A stretch of DNA of 63,618 nt, counting the filler. It is 5 parts of 5 records of this genome, joined end to end, with 100 filler letters (N's around TTAATTAATTAA, not from the genome) between each part and the next. Parts side by side here need not be neighbours in the genome. Positions count along the whole stretch, not along the records: positions 26,781 to 38,469 come from SRR22947725_619; positions 38,570 to 58,317 come from SRR22947725_621; 3 more parts are not named here. The stretch is one strand, 5' to 3'. Under the pieces are notes generated by a model. The model saw only the letters and a program-made list of their open reading frames with translations, was not told the DNA's origin and did no database searches. Position 1 is the stretch's first letter; every line of letters begins with the position of its first letter. The translations under genes were made by a program, and so were the position numbers. This document shows, one piece after another, positions 29,920 to 40,686 of this stretch.

Positions 29920-30843
29920 TTACCGCCCTTTAAACCTTCCAAAATCTGGTGCATCAGTATCCTGGCCTGCTTCTACAACCCCACGTCTTAACTCTCGAGT
30001 CCTAGTGAAATAGTCGTGCAAGTAATCCCCATCTCCAGTCCGAATTGCTCGCTGTAATGCAAAAAGTTCTTCAGTAAATCTACCTAAAATCTCTAAAGTA
30101 GCATCCTTATTCGATAGAAAAACATCTCTCCACATTGTCGGGTCCGATGCCGCTATCCTAGTGAAATCCCTAAATCCTGCCGCAGAATATTTGACAACCT
30201 CACTATCAGTTACACGACGCAGATCATCAGCTACACCTACCATTGTATAGGCTATAAGGTGCGGTGCATGAGAGGTTACGGCCAGTACTAAGTCATGGTG
30301 ATCTGGATCCATAAGTTCAACATTCGCACCAATAGAAGTCCACAAAAGTTTTAATTTTTCTATCTGGTTTAGATTATGGTCTTCAACTTTTCCAGGCGTC
30401 ATCAAACACCATCTGTTATCAAATAACTCAGCAAAGCCAGCATCTGGTCCTGATTGTTCTGTTCCTGCCACAGGATGGGCCGGAACAAAGAACACATCTT
30501 CGCGAACGTGTGGTGAAACTGAGTCTATTACAGCCCGCTTAGTTGAACCTACATCTGTAAGGGTGGAACCAGCCTTCATATATAATGAGATATCTTTAGC
30601 AACTGAACCCATGGCACCGACAGGGACACATAGAACCACCAGATCAGCGTTTTCTACTGCCTCCCTAGCACTACCAAAAACCTCATCAAAAATTCCCAAA
30701 GAAATCGCTTTTTTTTGCGTATCAATAGATCTTGAATGCCCTACTATTTGGCCAGCAAGATTTCCCCGACGCATCGCGTGAGCCATAGAGGACGCTATTA
30801 ACCCCAACCCAATTAAAGCAACTCTATTATAAATGTGACTCAT
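29920..30843 (-). CDS. tyrC: Prephenate/arogenate (cyclohexadienyl) dehydrogenase
   Basis: GLGLIASS, DVGSTK, HPVAGTE.SGP, GFRDFTRIAASDP.MW. Confidence 0.9.
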   Translation of the reverse strand: MSHIYNRVALIGLGLIASSMAHAMRRGNLAGQIVGHSRSIDTQKKAISLGIFDEVFGSAREAVENADLVVLCVPVGAMGSVAKDISLYMKAGSTLTDVGSTKRAVIDSVSPHVREDVFFVPAHPVAGTEQSGPDAGFAELFDNRWCLMTPGKVEDHNLNQIEKLKLLWTSIGANVELMDPDHHDLVLAVTSHAPHLIAYTMVGVADDLRRVTDSEVVKYSAAGFRDFTRIAASDPTMWRDVFLSNKDATLEILGRFTEELFALQRAIRTGDGDYLHDYFTRTRELRRGVVEAGQDTDAPDFGRFKGR

Positions 30844-30963
30844 AATTTTATCTCTTTTTATTAATAAAACTCGCCTATAATTACTAAATCATTAGCCTAT
30901 GCTTCTAGCCTTACCTTTAAAAAATTTAAAAGTCTAAAACAATTACTCATTATTTGAACTTCC

Positions 30964-33144
30964 CTAAAGGAAATTATAAGGGTCAATATCTATTTGAATT
31001 CTTACACCCTTCTGACTTTTTAATGTTAGTACCCAGTTTTTTAAAAACCTCTGTATAGGAAAATCTTTTTCTGCTTTCACAAGCATTCTTTGTCTATATT
31101 TTCCTTTAATCCGAGAGACGGGTGCAGGCGCAGGTCCAAATATCTGGACGCCCGAGTTTCGTAAATTGGTACTATTATTAAATAATATTTTTCCAATATC
31201 TTCAACATTCTTAAGGTTTGCACCTGATAAGATAATGCCAGCAAACCTTCCAAAAGGAGGTGCCCCAGCCTTTTCTCTATCGCTTGCCTCAAGGGACCAA
31301 AATTTTTCTAAGTCTGCTTCTAGAAGAGCTCTTATCACTCTATGCTCTGGATCATAAGTTTGGATAAGTGTTTCTCCAGCCTTATTTTGACGTCCTGCGC
31401 GACCAGATACTTGATTTATTAATTGAAAAGTTCTTTCTGCCGCTCGCAGATCTGCCCCTTGCAGACCTAAATCTGCGTCTATCACCCCCACTAAAGTTAA
31501 TTTAGGGAAATTATGGCCCTTTGCTACAAGCTGTGTACCTACAATGATATCAATATTTCCATTTTCTATTTCACTCAACTGCTTTCTTAACGACGCCGGA
31601 GTAGAAAAAAGGTCAGATGATAAAACTCCTATGCGCGCTGTTGGAAACAGCTTAGTTACTTCCTCAGCCAATCTCTCAATTCCCGGCCCAACAACTGACA
31701 AAGTATTATCAGAGTTGCACGAATTACATTTATTTGGAATCTTTGAAGTCTTCCCACATTGATGACAGATTAATCTCTCTACAAACCTATGCTGAACCAT
31801 TCTACTATCGCACTGATTACAACTAATCTGCTCTCCACATGATCTACATATAGTTACTGGCGCATATCCACGTCGATTCAAAAATAATAAGGTCTGTTCA
31901 CCTTTCTCAAGTTTCTCCTTAATTTTATCCAACAGCGTTGGAGAGATCCATTTCCCAGAACTTAAACTTTCTGATCGCATGTCTATAGCAGTTATAGACG
32001 GCAATGTTGCTCCACCATATCTCCACTCCAAGTTAACGCCAAAGTATTTACCTTTTCTTGCATTTACCCAGCTTTCTAAAGAAGGTGTAGCTGAGGCTAG
32101 TACAACTCTAGCAGTTGATAGCGAACCTCTAAAAACTGCCATATCTCTAGCATTATATAAAACTCCATCATCTTGTTTATAGGAGTGGTCATGTTCCTCA
32201 TCCACCACAATAAGTCCAAGAGTTTGAAAGGGTAGAAATAAGGCAGACCTAGCTCCAACAACTAATTGGAGCTTACCCTGGGAGACCATTTTCCAAACTC
32301 GCCGACGTTCAGTCACATTAATACCCGAATGCCATTCTCCAGGGCGAGCACCAAATCTTGCCTCAACTCTGGCAAGAAATTCTGCTGTCAAACCAATCTC
32401 TGGTAAGAGAACCAAGGCTTGTTTATTTTCTTTAATACAATCTGCTATACATTCTAGATAGACTTCTGTCTTTCCAGAGCCAGTCACTCCCTTAAGTAAA
32501 ATGGTATTACAAGTCCCTGCGCCCCTAATTTTTTTTACTGCTAACGTCTGCTCATCAGTTAACAGTTTATCTTTCACAAATGGATTAAGAGATAAAAACT
32601 CCTGATCTTTAGGAGTATAATCAACAGATATTGCCTCAAGAGATACTAAACCATGAATAACAGATGGACTGACACCACATTTTTTCACAATTTCACTTAA
32701 TTCAAAGTTTAAATTATGATTTTCTTTTAGAAAGTTTAAAACTTTACTCCTGGAAGTTGTTAGTTTTTTTATCTCACCTGAAGAAAAAGAATATTTTTTA
32801 TTCATCACTTCAGCGGACCCTAAGTTTGGAACCCGTGTAGCTAACCTAAGGACAGAAGAGAGAGGCGTTATAGTATAGAGAGAAACTTTCTCTAAAAAAT
32901 TCATTAATTCGTTAGTCATCGGTTTTATTTTAAGTGTCTTCAAAATGACCTTAATTTTATCGGCTTCTAAGTTAATAGTACTGAGCCCCCATACTACTCC
33001 AATAACCTCTTTCTGCCCCAAAGTTACCTGAACATATGAACCTAGATAACAACCTTCTGATGGAACTTTATAACTTAATGCAGTTCCTATTGGCTGTGTT
33101 ACCTGAACACTAACAATTTCCCCTTTTTTAAAAAAATCTGTCAT
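30964..33144 (-). CDS. priA: Primosomal protein N' helicase
   Basis: GVTGSGKTEVY, DEEH, SATPS, LNRRGY, four CxxC, QVSGRAGR. Confidence 0.98.
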   Translation of the reverse strand: MTDFFKKGEIVSVQVTQPIGTALSYKVPSEGCYLGSYVQVTLGQKEVIGVVWGLSTINLEADKIKVILKTLKIKPMTNELMNFLEKVSLYTITPLSSVLRLATRVPNLGSAEVMNKKYSFSSGEIKKLTTSRSKVLNFLKENHNLNFELSEIVKKCGVSPSVIHGLVSLEAISVDYTPKDQEFLSLNPFVKDKLLTDEQTLAVKKIRGAGTCNTILLKGVTGSGKTEVYLECIADCIKENKQALVLLPEIGLTAEFLARVEARFGARPGEWHSGINVTERRRVWKMVSQGKLQLVVGARSALFLPFQTLGLIVVDEEHDHSYKQDDGVLYNARDMAVFRGSLSTARVVLASATPSLESWVNARKGKYFGVNLEWRYGGATLPSITAIDMRSESLSSGKWISPTLLDKIKEKLEKGEQTLLFLNRRGYAPVTICRSCGEQISCNQCDSRMVQHRFVERLICHQCGKTSKIPNKCNSCNSDNTLSVVGPGIERLAEEVTKLFPTARIGVLSSDLFSTPASLRKQLSEIENGNIDIIVGTQLVAKGHNFPKLTLVGVIDADLGLQGADLRAAERTFQLINQVSGRAGRQNKAGETLIQTYDPEHRVIRALLEADLEKFWSLEASDREKAGAPPFGRFAGIILSGANLKNVEDIGKILFNNSTNLRNSGVQIFGPAPAPVSRIKGKYRQRMLVKAEKDFPIQRFLKNWVLTLKSQKGVRIQIDIDPYNFL

Positions 33145-33207
33145 TCTACTTTCTGTACCTCCAATAATACTTTAGAAGCATAGTTAGGTTTAGCAAAGGG
33201 TGCGAAA

Positions 33208-33861
33208 ATGAAATTTTTTATAGATACAGCTGAAGTGAAAGATATTATTGAATTAAATAAACTAGGAATAGTAGACGGCGTAACAACCAACCCTTCACTT
33301 GTTCTTAAGTCTGGTAAAAACATGGTTGAGGTCATCAAAGAAATTTCAAACCTAGTTGACGGTCCAATATCTGCCGAAGTTGTATCAGCCCAATCAGATG
33401 GTATGATCGCTGAAGGTTTGGAGCTACTAAAAATATCAAAAAACATTGCTGTAAAAATACCTTTAACTTGGGAAGGCCTAAAGGCTTGCCAAGTACTAAG
33501 TGACAATGGAGCTATGGTTAACATTACCCTCTGTTTTTCAGTAAACCAAGCGCTATTAGCTGCAAAAGCTGGCGCCGCCTTTATATCACCCTTTGTAGGA
33601 AGATTAGATGATATCAACGTTGAAGGAATGAGCTTAATAGCTGATATCAAACAAGTTTATGATAATTATAACTTTCATACAGAGATCCTGGTGGCATCAA
33701 TTAGGACAGTAAATCACATTACAGAAGCCGCCCTTATCGGAGCTGATATTGTTACAGTTCCACCAAAAATAATAAAGCAGTTAGCAGATCACCCTCTAAC
33801 CAGTGCGGGTCTTGAAGTATTCAATCAAGATTGGTTAAAAACAGGACAAAAAATTATTTAA
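33208..33861 (+). CDS. tal: Transaldolase / fructose-6-phosphate aldolase (short type)
   Basis: [17 protein letters not shown] Schiff-base Lys, [13 protein letters not shown]. Confidence 0.92.
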   Translation: MKFFIDTAEVKDIIELNKLGIVDGVTTNPSLVLKSGKNMVEVIKEISNLVDGPISAEVVSAQSDGMIAEGLELLKISKNIAVKIPLTWEGLKACQVLSDNGAMVNITLCFSVNQALLAAKAGAAFISPFVGRLDDINVEGMSLIADIKQVYDNYNFHTEILVASIRTVNHITEAALIGADIVTVPPKIIKQLADHPLTSAGLEVFNQDWLKTGQKII

Positions 33862-33879
33862 TAATAAATTCCTACAGTT

Positions 33880-34593
33880 GTGAGAACAAAAATGACCAAA
33901 AACTCCGACAAAATAACCGAAATCAAAAAAAAAATAATCTCAAATCCAGAAATTATCTTAGATGATTTAGAGATAATGAAAGTACTCTTTAATTCATATA
34001 GCGAAGCCACCGGAGAAAATATTATTGATTTACGAAGTGTTGCGATAAAAAAACTAGAAGCGAAGATCAAACAGACAGAAACAACAAATCGATCTATTAT
34101 TGCGGCTGCGTATGAAAATATTTCAGGCTATGAATTAATCCATAAGGCTAGCTTGCTTATTTTAGAGATAGATAATTTTGAAGATTTACAAGTACAGCTT
34201 ATGCAGACGGTTCAGCCGGCTTTAAAAGTATCTCACATACATATTATGATTGAACAGGAAGAACCTGAGAACACAGCCATAAAATCAAATAATTATATTT
34301 CTGTTGTTAAACCTGGGTCAGTAAAAACCTATATAAATTTAGAAAATGAGCTTCTTCAAAAGACTGTTACTATGAGACAGGTATCTTCACCTAACGAACG
34401 TATATATGGCCAAAAGGCTCATAGTATAAAATCTGAAGCAGTTATCCAATTGGACCTAGGAGAAAATAAAGTTCCAGCATTACTAATAATTGGCTCTAAC
34501 ACAGCCGTCCAGTTTGAGCCTAAAAAAGGCACTGAGCTACTTGAATTTTTTGGGTCTGTTATGGAGCGAGTAATAAAACGTTGGGCCATCTAA
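33880..34593 (+). CDS. DUF484 family protein
   Basis: IIDLR, AYEN, S.A, F....GT.LL.FF; canonical position before xerC. Confidence 0.8.
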   Translation: MRTKMTKNSDKITEIKKKIISNPEIILDDLEIMKVLFNSYSEATGENIIDLRSVAIKKLEAKIKQTETTNRSIIAAAYENISGYELIHKASLLILEIDNFEDLQVQLMQTVQPALKVSHIHIMIEQEEPENTAIKSNNYISVVKPGSVKTYINLENELLQKTVTMRQVSSPNERIYGQKAHSIKSEAVIQLDLGENKVPALLIIGSNTAVQFEPKKGTELLEFFGSVMERVIKRWAI

Positions 34594-35516
34594 AAGTCAA
34601 CTCACATGGTATTTCTGTTAGCATTAAAAGTTGGCTGTCCAACTTGAAGTCACTAAATAATTTAACGAACAATACGTTAAGTGCATATGAAGCAGATGTA
34701 ATTAAATTTATTAGTTTTATTGAGTCTCTTCTATCAGAATCTAATGGAAAACACACATTTATTAAGCTGACAAACTCAGATATAAGAAGCTGGTTATCTG
34801 CTGAAAAAAAGAAGGGGGTTTCTCCTAGATCTTTAGCAAGAAAACTATCCTCAATAAAAAGTTTTTTTAGATGGTTTTCTGAAATAGAAGGTTTTGACGC
34901 TTCAATTATTTTGACAACTAAAGCTCCAAAGTTTCAGAAAAAGCTACCTCGACCATTGTCAAAGCAATCTTCAACTGAAATTATTCAGGTTGTTGGACAT
35001 CTTGCAGATGAAAAATGGGTATCGGCAAGAGATATAGCAATAATTACTCTCCTATATGGCTGTGGATTACGTATTTCAGAAGTATTATCATTGAAGCTCA
35101 GTGATACCCCTATTCCCGATTCAATTATTATTCTTGGTAAAGGCAGGAAGGAGCGAGTAGTACCAGTTTTACAGATTGCTAGAGAAAGTGTAAAAAATTA
35201 CCTGAAACTTCTTCCTTTTGAGATTAAGTCTACCGACACAATTTTCAGAGGCGTTCGTGGCGGAGTATTAAATCCAAGGATCGTAACTAGGTTTGTAGAA
35301 AAGGCACGACTACAAATGGGCCTTCCTGAAACAACAACACCTCACGCTATGAGGCATTCATTTGCCACCCACCTTCTTGAGGCTGGTGGTGACTTACGTA
35401 CAATCCAGGAGCTTTTAGGGCATACCTCCTTATCAACAACTCAAACTTATACCGCCGTAAACACAGCTCAACTCATGAAAGTATATGACCAGAGTCATCC
35501 ATTAAAGGATGGTTAA
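34581..35516 (+). CDS. xerC: Tyrosine recombinase XerC
   Basis: YGCGLRISE, GKGRKER, PHAMRHSFATHLL, LLGH..L.TTQ.Y; DUF484-xerC context. Confidence 0.93.
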   Translation: MGHLKVNSHGISVSIKSWLSNLKSLNNLTNNTLSAYEADVIKFISFIESLLSESNGKHTFIKLTNSDIRSWLSAEKKKGVSPRSLARKLSSIKSFFRWFSEIEGFDASIILTTKAPKFQKKLPRPLSKQSSTEIIQVVGHLADEKWVSARDIAIITLLYGCGLRISEVLSLKLSDTPIPDSIIILGKGRKERVVPVLQIARESVKNYLKLLPFEIKSTDTIFRGVRGGVLNPRIVTRFVEKARLQMGLPETTTPHAMRHSFATHLLEAGGDLRTIQELLGHTSLSTTQTYTAVNTAQLMKVYDQSHPLKDG

Positions 35517-35588
35517 CAGGTAAGTTTTAGATTAAAGATGAATATGAAATCGAGCTTAGAAAAAGACATTTATTTGAAGAGCAATCAA

Positions 35589-36281
35589 ATGAGCATTAAA
35601 GTAAAGGCATTATCTGTACACCTTCTTACTGCAACTGGCGCAGTTTTTGCTATGTTGGCAATGTTAGCGGCTGTAGATGAAAAATGGTCTCTAATGTTCG
35701 TGTGGTTGGTAGTTGCATTTGCTGTTGACGGGATCGATGGACCCTTAGCAAGAAAATACAACGTAAAAGTAAATGCCCCAAATTTTGACGGGGTACTTCT
35801 TGACTTAATTATTGATTATCTAACTTATGTTTTCATTCCCGCATTTGCGCTTTTCAAGTCAGGGCTGTTTGAAGGCTGGACTGGTTGGTTTGTAATCATC
35901 ATAATTACGTTTGCAAGTGCTATGTACTTTGCTGACAATCGCATGAAAACTAAAGATAATTCTTTTTCTGGATTTCCAGGTTGTTGGAATATGGTTGCAG
36001 TTGTAATATTTGCACTTGAACCTAGCTTTTGGATGATTTTAATTATAGTTTCTGGTCTAGCTATAGCAATGTTTTTCCCGCTAAAATTTGTGCACCCAGT
36101 AAGAACTCAAAAATGGAGATCTATAACTTTACCTGTTACCCTTGGTTGGACATTTTTTGCAGGGTGGGCAGCCTGGATAGACTTTGATGTAAACAGCTGG
36201 GCCCATTGGGGTTTAATAATATGCTCATCTTATCTTCTTTTTGCTGGTATAATTCAGCAAATTATTGAACCTAAAACCTAA
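35589..36281 (+). CDS. pcs: Phosphatidylcholine synthase (CDP-alcohol phosphatidyltransferase)
   Basis: VHLLTATG, DGIDGPLAR...G..LD..IDY, FSGFP..WN, HP.R. Confidence 0.88.
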   Translation: MSIKVKALSVHLLTATGAVFAMLAMLAAVDEKWSLMFVWLVVAFAVDGIDGPLARKYNVKVNAPNFDGVLLDLIIDYLTYVFIPAFALFKSGLFEGWTGWFVIIIITFASAMYFADNRMKTKDNSFSGFPGCWNMVAVVIFALEPSFWMILIIVSGLAIAMFFPLKFVHPVRTQKWRSITLPVTLGWTFFAGWAAWIDFDVNSWAHWGLIICSSYLLFAGIIQQIIEPKT

Positions 36282-36284
36282 AAA

Positions 36285-38468
36285 TTATAAAGTTTCTGCT
36301 AACGCCTCTTCGCAACGACTACATAGAGCAGAATTCATTGGATCTCCAACCTCCGGTAATACCTTCCAGCAACGTTGGCATTTGTTTCCTTGCGCCCTCT
36401 CAAAAACGACTGAAACATCAGTAATTTCATCTAAAATAAATGCACCCTTTGGAGCTGGATCGATAGTGATTTTGATCCCCGACGTAATACAAATGTCTTC
36501 AAATGAGACAGATTCTAAAATCTTTTTTGTTTCCTCATTAACATGAACAAAAGGAGCGGCTTCAAGAGAAGCTCCAATAGTTTTATCTTGGCGTTTTAGT
36601 TCTAACGCCCCAGTTACAACTTTTCTCACTTTGCGAATTGTCGACCATTTCTTAGCGAGCTCTGAATTTTTCCAAGTACTTGGTGTCTCGGGGAAATCGT
36701 TTAAATGAATTGAACTTTCTACGTCGACAGAGCGTTCTAACCATACCTCTTCCATAGTGAAAACTAGTATGGGAGCCAACCAACTAGTAAGTCGGTGAAA
36801 TAGAATGTCTAGAACCATTCTGGAGGCTCTACGACGATCAGTATCATTGTCGCAGTACAGAGCATCTTTTCTTATATCAAAATAAAAAGAGGATAAATCT
36901 GACGTAGCAAAAGAAAATATTTCTTGAAGAGCTCCCTGAAAATCATATTTAGTATAACAATTTTGAACTATCCTATCTATTTCATATACGCGGTGAAGTA
37001 CCCATAACTCTAGTTCTGGCATTTCTTCATAAGAGATATTGTCACTACTCGTATTAGATTTCAGCGAACCTAATAGGAATCTCATAGTATTTCTTAACCG
37101 TCGATAACTATCAGCGACGCCCTTTAGGATCTCTGGCCCTATTCTCAAATCACCACTATAATCTGATTGAGCCACCCATAACCTTAGAATATCAGCTCCA
37201 TATTGTTTTATTACTTGGTCAGGGGAAACTGTATTTCCAGTCGACTTTGACATTTTCATCCCCTTATTATCTAGGGTGAAACCGTGAGTTAAAACTCCAC
37301 GATAGGGCGCGTGGCCTCTTGTGCCGCAACTTTGCAACATAGATGAATGGAACCATCCTCGGTGCTGATCGGTGCCCTCAAGATATAGATCTGCCAAACC
37401 ATCCTCACTACCATCGACCCTATCCCGCAAAACAAAAGCATGTGTTGATCCAGAATCAAACCAAACATCTAAAATATCAAAAACTTGTTCATACTCATTC
37501 GGATCCACCAAACCAGATAAGAACCTATCCTTTGCTCCATCTTTATACCAGCAATCAGCGCCCTCAACTTCAAATGCCTGTAAAATTCTTTTGTTTACCT
37601 CTTCATTACGCAGTAAAAAACTAGGGTCAGTTGAAATCGTTTTCTTTTTGGTAAAACAAGTTAAGGGTACACCCCAAGCTCTTTGCCGAGAAAGCACCCA
37701 GTCAGGTCTTACTTCAATCATAGAGTATAGTCGATTTCGGCCAGATTGTGGGGTCCATTCAACTAAGGCATCAATTGATGTTAGAGCCCTCTTTCTTATT
37801 GTAGTACCATATTGATCTTGGTTATCTCCAACAATACGATCTATCCCAACAAACCATTGTGGTGTGTTACGAAAAATAATAGGTGCCTTTGACCTCCAGG
37901 AGTGTGGGTAGCTATGAGTAATTCTGCCACGTGCTATTATGTTTTTTACTTCAACTAAGCTGGCAATAACTGCTGAGTTAGCTTTACCTTCCTTACCCTT
38001 TCTATCAAAAACCTGTAATCCAGAAAAGATCGGTACATGGGCTAGAAACTCTGACTTCTCACCTACATTATAGGTTAAGCGGTCTAACCAATTTCGTTTT
38101 ACAAAACACTCATAATCATCAGCACCATGACTTGGTGCTGTATGTACAAATCCAGTTCCCGCATCTGCATTAACATGATCCCCGTCAATTAAAGGTACAT
38201 CATAAGACCAGAAATCATCCAGCTTACTAAAAGGATGAAAGCACTGAACATTATCTAGGTCCTCAGGAAAAATATCTATAACTCGCTTAAAATTTGTGGC
38301 TCTGGCCTGAGTAAGAGTAGCTTCTGCTAGATCATCTGCCAAAAGGTATAGATCTCCTACAGCAACCCAGCTTTCCTCTAAAGTACTAATAATTTCATAC
38401 ATGCCATAAGAGATTTTTTTACTGTATGCGATCGCTTTGTTAGACGGAATTGTCCATGGAGTTGTTGT
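36285..38468 (-). CDS. ileS: Isoleucyl-tRNA synthetase, 3' part
   Basis: TTTPWTIP, GTGFVH, DWVLSRQR.WG, EGTDQHRGWF, KMSKS, C-terminal CQRCW zinc finger; frame open to the contig edge. Confidence 0.98.
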   Translation of the reverse strand, partial: TTTPWTIPSNKAIAYSKKISYGMYEIISTLEESWVAVGDLYLLADDLAEATLTQARATNFKRVIDIFPEDLDNVQCFHPFSKLDDFWSYDVPLIDGDHVNADAGTGFVHTAPSHGADDYECFVKRNWLDRLTYNVGEKSEFLAHVPIFSGLQVFDRKGKEGKANSAVIASLVEVKNIIARGRITHSYPHSWRSKAPIIFRNTPQWFVGIDRIVGDNQDQYGTTIRKRALTSIDALVEWTPQSGRNRLYSMIEVRPDWVLSRQRAWGVPLTCFTKKKTISTDPSFLLRNEEVNKRILQAFEVEGADCWYKDGAKDRFLSGLVDPNEYEQVFDILDVWFDSGSTHAFVLRDRVDGSEDGLADLYLEGTDQHRGWFHSSMLQSCGTRGHAPYRGVLTHGFTLDNKGMKMSKSTGNTVSPDQVIKQYGADILRLWVAQSDYSGDLRIGPEILKGVADSYRRLRNTMRFLLGSLKSNTSSDNISYEEMPELELWVLHRVYEIDRIVQNCYTKYDFQGALQEIFSFATSDLSSFYFDIRKDALYCDNDTDRRRASRMVLDILFHRLTSWLAPILVFTMEEVWLERSVDVESSIHLNDFPETPSTWKNSELAKKWSTIRKVRKVVTGALELKRQDKTIGASLEAAPFVHVNEETKKILESVSFEDICITSGIKITIDPAPKGAFILDEITDVSVVFERAQGNKCQRCWKVLPEVGDPMNSALCSRCEEALAETL

Positions 38469-38469
38469 C

Positions 38470-38569
38470 NNNNNNNNNNNNNNNNNNNNNNNNNNNNNNN
38501 NNNNNNNNNNNNNTTAATTAATTAANNNNNNNNNNNNNNNNNNNNNNNNNNNNNNNNNNNNNNNNNNNN
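38470..38569. other. Artificial contig spacer
   Basis: N run + TTAATTAATTAA + N run. Confidence 0.99.
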
Positions 38570-39480
38570 GAGGTGAAATCGGCTGGTGAGTTTTGTTTAA
38601 GTAAGCGTTCTTCCAGGTGTTGAAATTGAATTAACCATTTCTTAGCTCGCTCCAATTCTTGTCGAACCTGGCGTTTACCGCGGTGCGTGGAAAGGACATA
38701 ACCTTCTTGTTTGTTATCTTTCCAGTATTGGTAGATGGTATTTAGTCGATCATAGAGAATGTCGTCATGAGGGTGTTCGAGATCTTGGGCTCTTATGTAA
38801 CTGCGATAGGCAAGTTGGTGTTTTCATTCAGCAAAAAGGACATCGCCTAAAACTAAATAAGCGTCGGAGAATCGATAGTCATTTTTAATTAAGCGAATGA
38901 GGTAAGTTTTATTGACCGATTTTTTTAGATCGCTGGGTGTTGTTTCATAAGGAATATCGAGAAAGTTCACAAGAGGAATACTTGAGTCGCTTTCATCACT
39001 TGGCTGCTTTATTTCATAGCTTTTCTTCCACTTTACCATACGTAGGTAGTAGTCACCTAGGCGCATGTGGCCTTCAGGTTTTATTTGTAGTGATTGCTCA
39101 ATATAGTTTATAGCGAGGCTGAGATCCCCTTTTTTCTTATAGAGAATCCCGAGGTTTATAGCAGTGTCATAGTGCCTTGGAGTGGTTTGTTCATTAAGAC
39201 TAAAATTATCTATCGCTTGTTGCCATTTTCCTTGTTTTAGTTGAGCAACAGCTAGATCATTGCGAGCCTGGAAGTTTTTCGAGTTTTGAGCTAAGAGTTC
39301 TTTATTTTTAGATTCTTCGTGCTGATAGAAGGCGACGCCGTGATGAGCAAATTGGCCGAGAATGATATTTACGAGGTCATTCGTTATTTGAGTCTCTTCA
39401 TCTCGTGTATAAGAAGTTGTTACACACGATAAAAGGCAGAGGAATAAAAATCCTTTGGCTAATAGTTTTAGATAGTTCAT
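38570..39480 (-). pseudogene. TPR-containing lipoprotein interrupted by an in-frame TGA at 38824-38826
   Basis: Lipobox LLSC after ATG 39480, TPR repeats; frame stays open 84 codons past the TGA to the contig edge. Confidence 0.65.
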
Positions 39481-39782
39481 ATGGTGTCCTTTTTGATATA
39501 TAATTATCATATACTTTCATATGCTATCATAATATAAAATGTGAGGTGTATGCAAGTTTTATATTAAAAATTTTTAAAAGCTTTCTTCTATAGAGAGTGG
39601 ATATGTTGATTAGCGATAAGTTGCTGTGGGTAAAGTTAAAACTTAAGGCCGACCTAAGAGTATAGAAAGAATCATGAGAGTGATCTAAAGTTGAGGTTTT
39701 TGAATAGTGCCTTAGGAGTGCTGTGAATATTTACTATAACTAAATAAACTTAAGCGTGACACATTATTACAATCGCTAAGTT

Positions 39783-40454
39783 TTAGCGGTCAAATATGAA
39801 AGACCAGACATTGAGGTCATTACCGTCCATGCTGACATTACCACCCCAAGAAACGGATGCTGCCCACTTCGCGGCATCTGGCGCCCAAATAACGGCGGCA
39901 TCGGCATAGAGGACATTATAACCTTTGGGGCCGTGTAAAATATTACCAAAACGCTCGCCCCAGAAATCCATGTAACAGTCGGATACCATAGCAGTATCTG
40001 AATTGACATTGCCAACATTATACTGACTCTGGTCGCTTCTTTTACGATAGGAATAGCCGGCTTGACTCCAGTTGCTAACCTTAAATTTTGGGACATTTAT
40101 TTCTTTTGAAAAGTTAAACGGGTTGTCGGTACTTATATCGCGATTGGGCATCGATGGGCAATACATGACATCGACACCTCCAGTGTAGTCTGCATAGAGT
40201 CCAAGCATAATGGCCTTTTTATCAGGATTTGAAATAGAGGTAGACCAATTATCCGTTCTCAGAGCGAACCAACCATTATTAGTATCTTCATACATTTCAG
40301 CGGCATAACCGATTTGCTTCAGGTTATTTTTACAGACGGCGATTTTTCCTTTTTCACGAGCTTTAACAAGAGAAGGCAAAAGCATAGATGAGAGAATACC
40401 GATGATGGCAACCACCACTAATAGTTCAATGAGTGTAAACTTATCTTTATTCAT
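39783..40454 (-). CDS. Prepilin-type N-terminal cleavage/methylation domain protein (PVC DUF1559-like family)
   Basis: [27 protein letters not shown]....C.NNLKQ, YCPS, H....YNVLYAD. Confidence 0.9.
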   Translation of the reverse strand: MNKDKFTLIELLVVVAIIGILSSMLLPSLVKAREKGKIAVCKNNLKQIGYAAEMYEDTNNGWFALRTDNWSTSISNPDKKAIMLGLYADYTGGVDVMYCPSMPNRDISTDNPFNFSKEINVPKFKVSNWSQAGYSYRKRSDQSQYNVGNVNSDTAMVSDCYMDFWGERFGNILHGPKGYNVLYADAAVIWAPDAAKWAASVSWGGNVSMDGNDLNVWSFIFDR

Positions 40455-40599
40455 ATTTCCCGTCATATAATGAATTAATGATAATCTATCTAAATTTTTT
40501 ACCTGATGCAAATTTTCCTCAAAGCTTTTTTGTAAAGGTCTCGCTTAAAAGTGAAGTTGATATGATTACAGCCGCTAATTGAGAGGTATTGAATTAAGT

Positions 40600-40686
40600 A
40601 TGAAATCCGAAATCGTTCGCTACACAGTTAATCAGCATTACCCTTCAGATCATTTCCCGGTGTATACAGAATTAATTTTTAAATAA
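40600..40686 (+). pseudogene. C-terminal relic of an endonuclease/exonuclease/phosphatase (EEP) family gene
   Basis: MKSEIVRYTVNQHYPSDHFPVYTELIFK contains the YPSDHFPV motif; in-frame stop just upstream at 40576-40578. Confidence 0.65.

Noticed and set aside
33141-33650. 169-aa antisense ORF
   Set aside because: Shadow of the transaldolase gene; no recognisable motifs.
34581-35516. Tyrosine recombinase as a prophage or island integrase
   Set aside because: XerC-type motifs in the housekeeping DUF484-xerC context; no att sites or cargo.
38824-38826. Genome-wide TGA=Gly recoding (genetic code 25) or selenocysteine
   Set aside because: TGA terminates other genes on the same contig, Gly codons are otherwise normal, and the position corresponds to Gly, not Cys.
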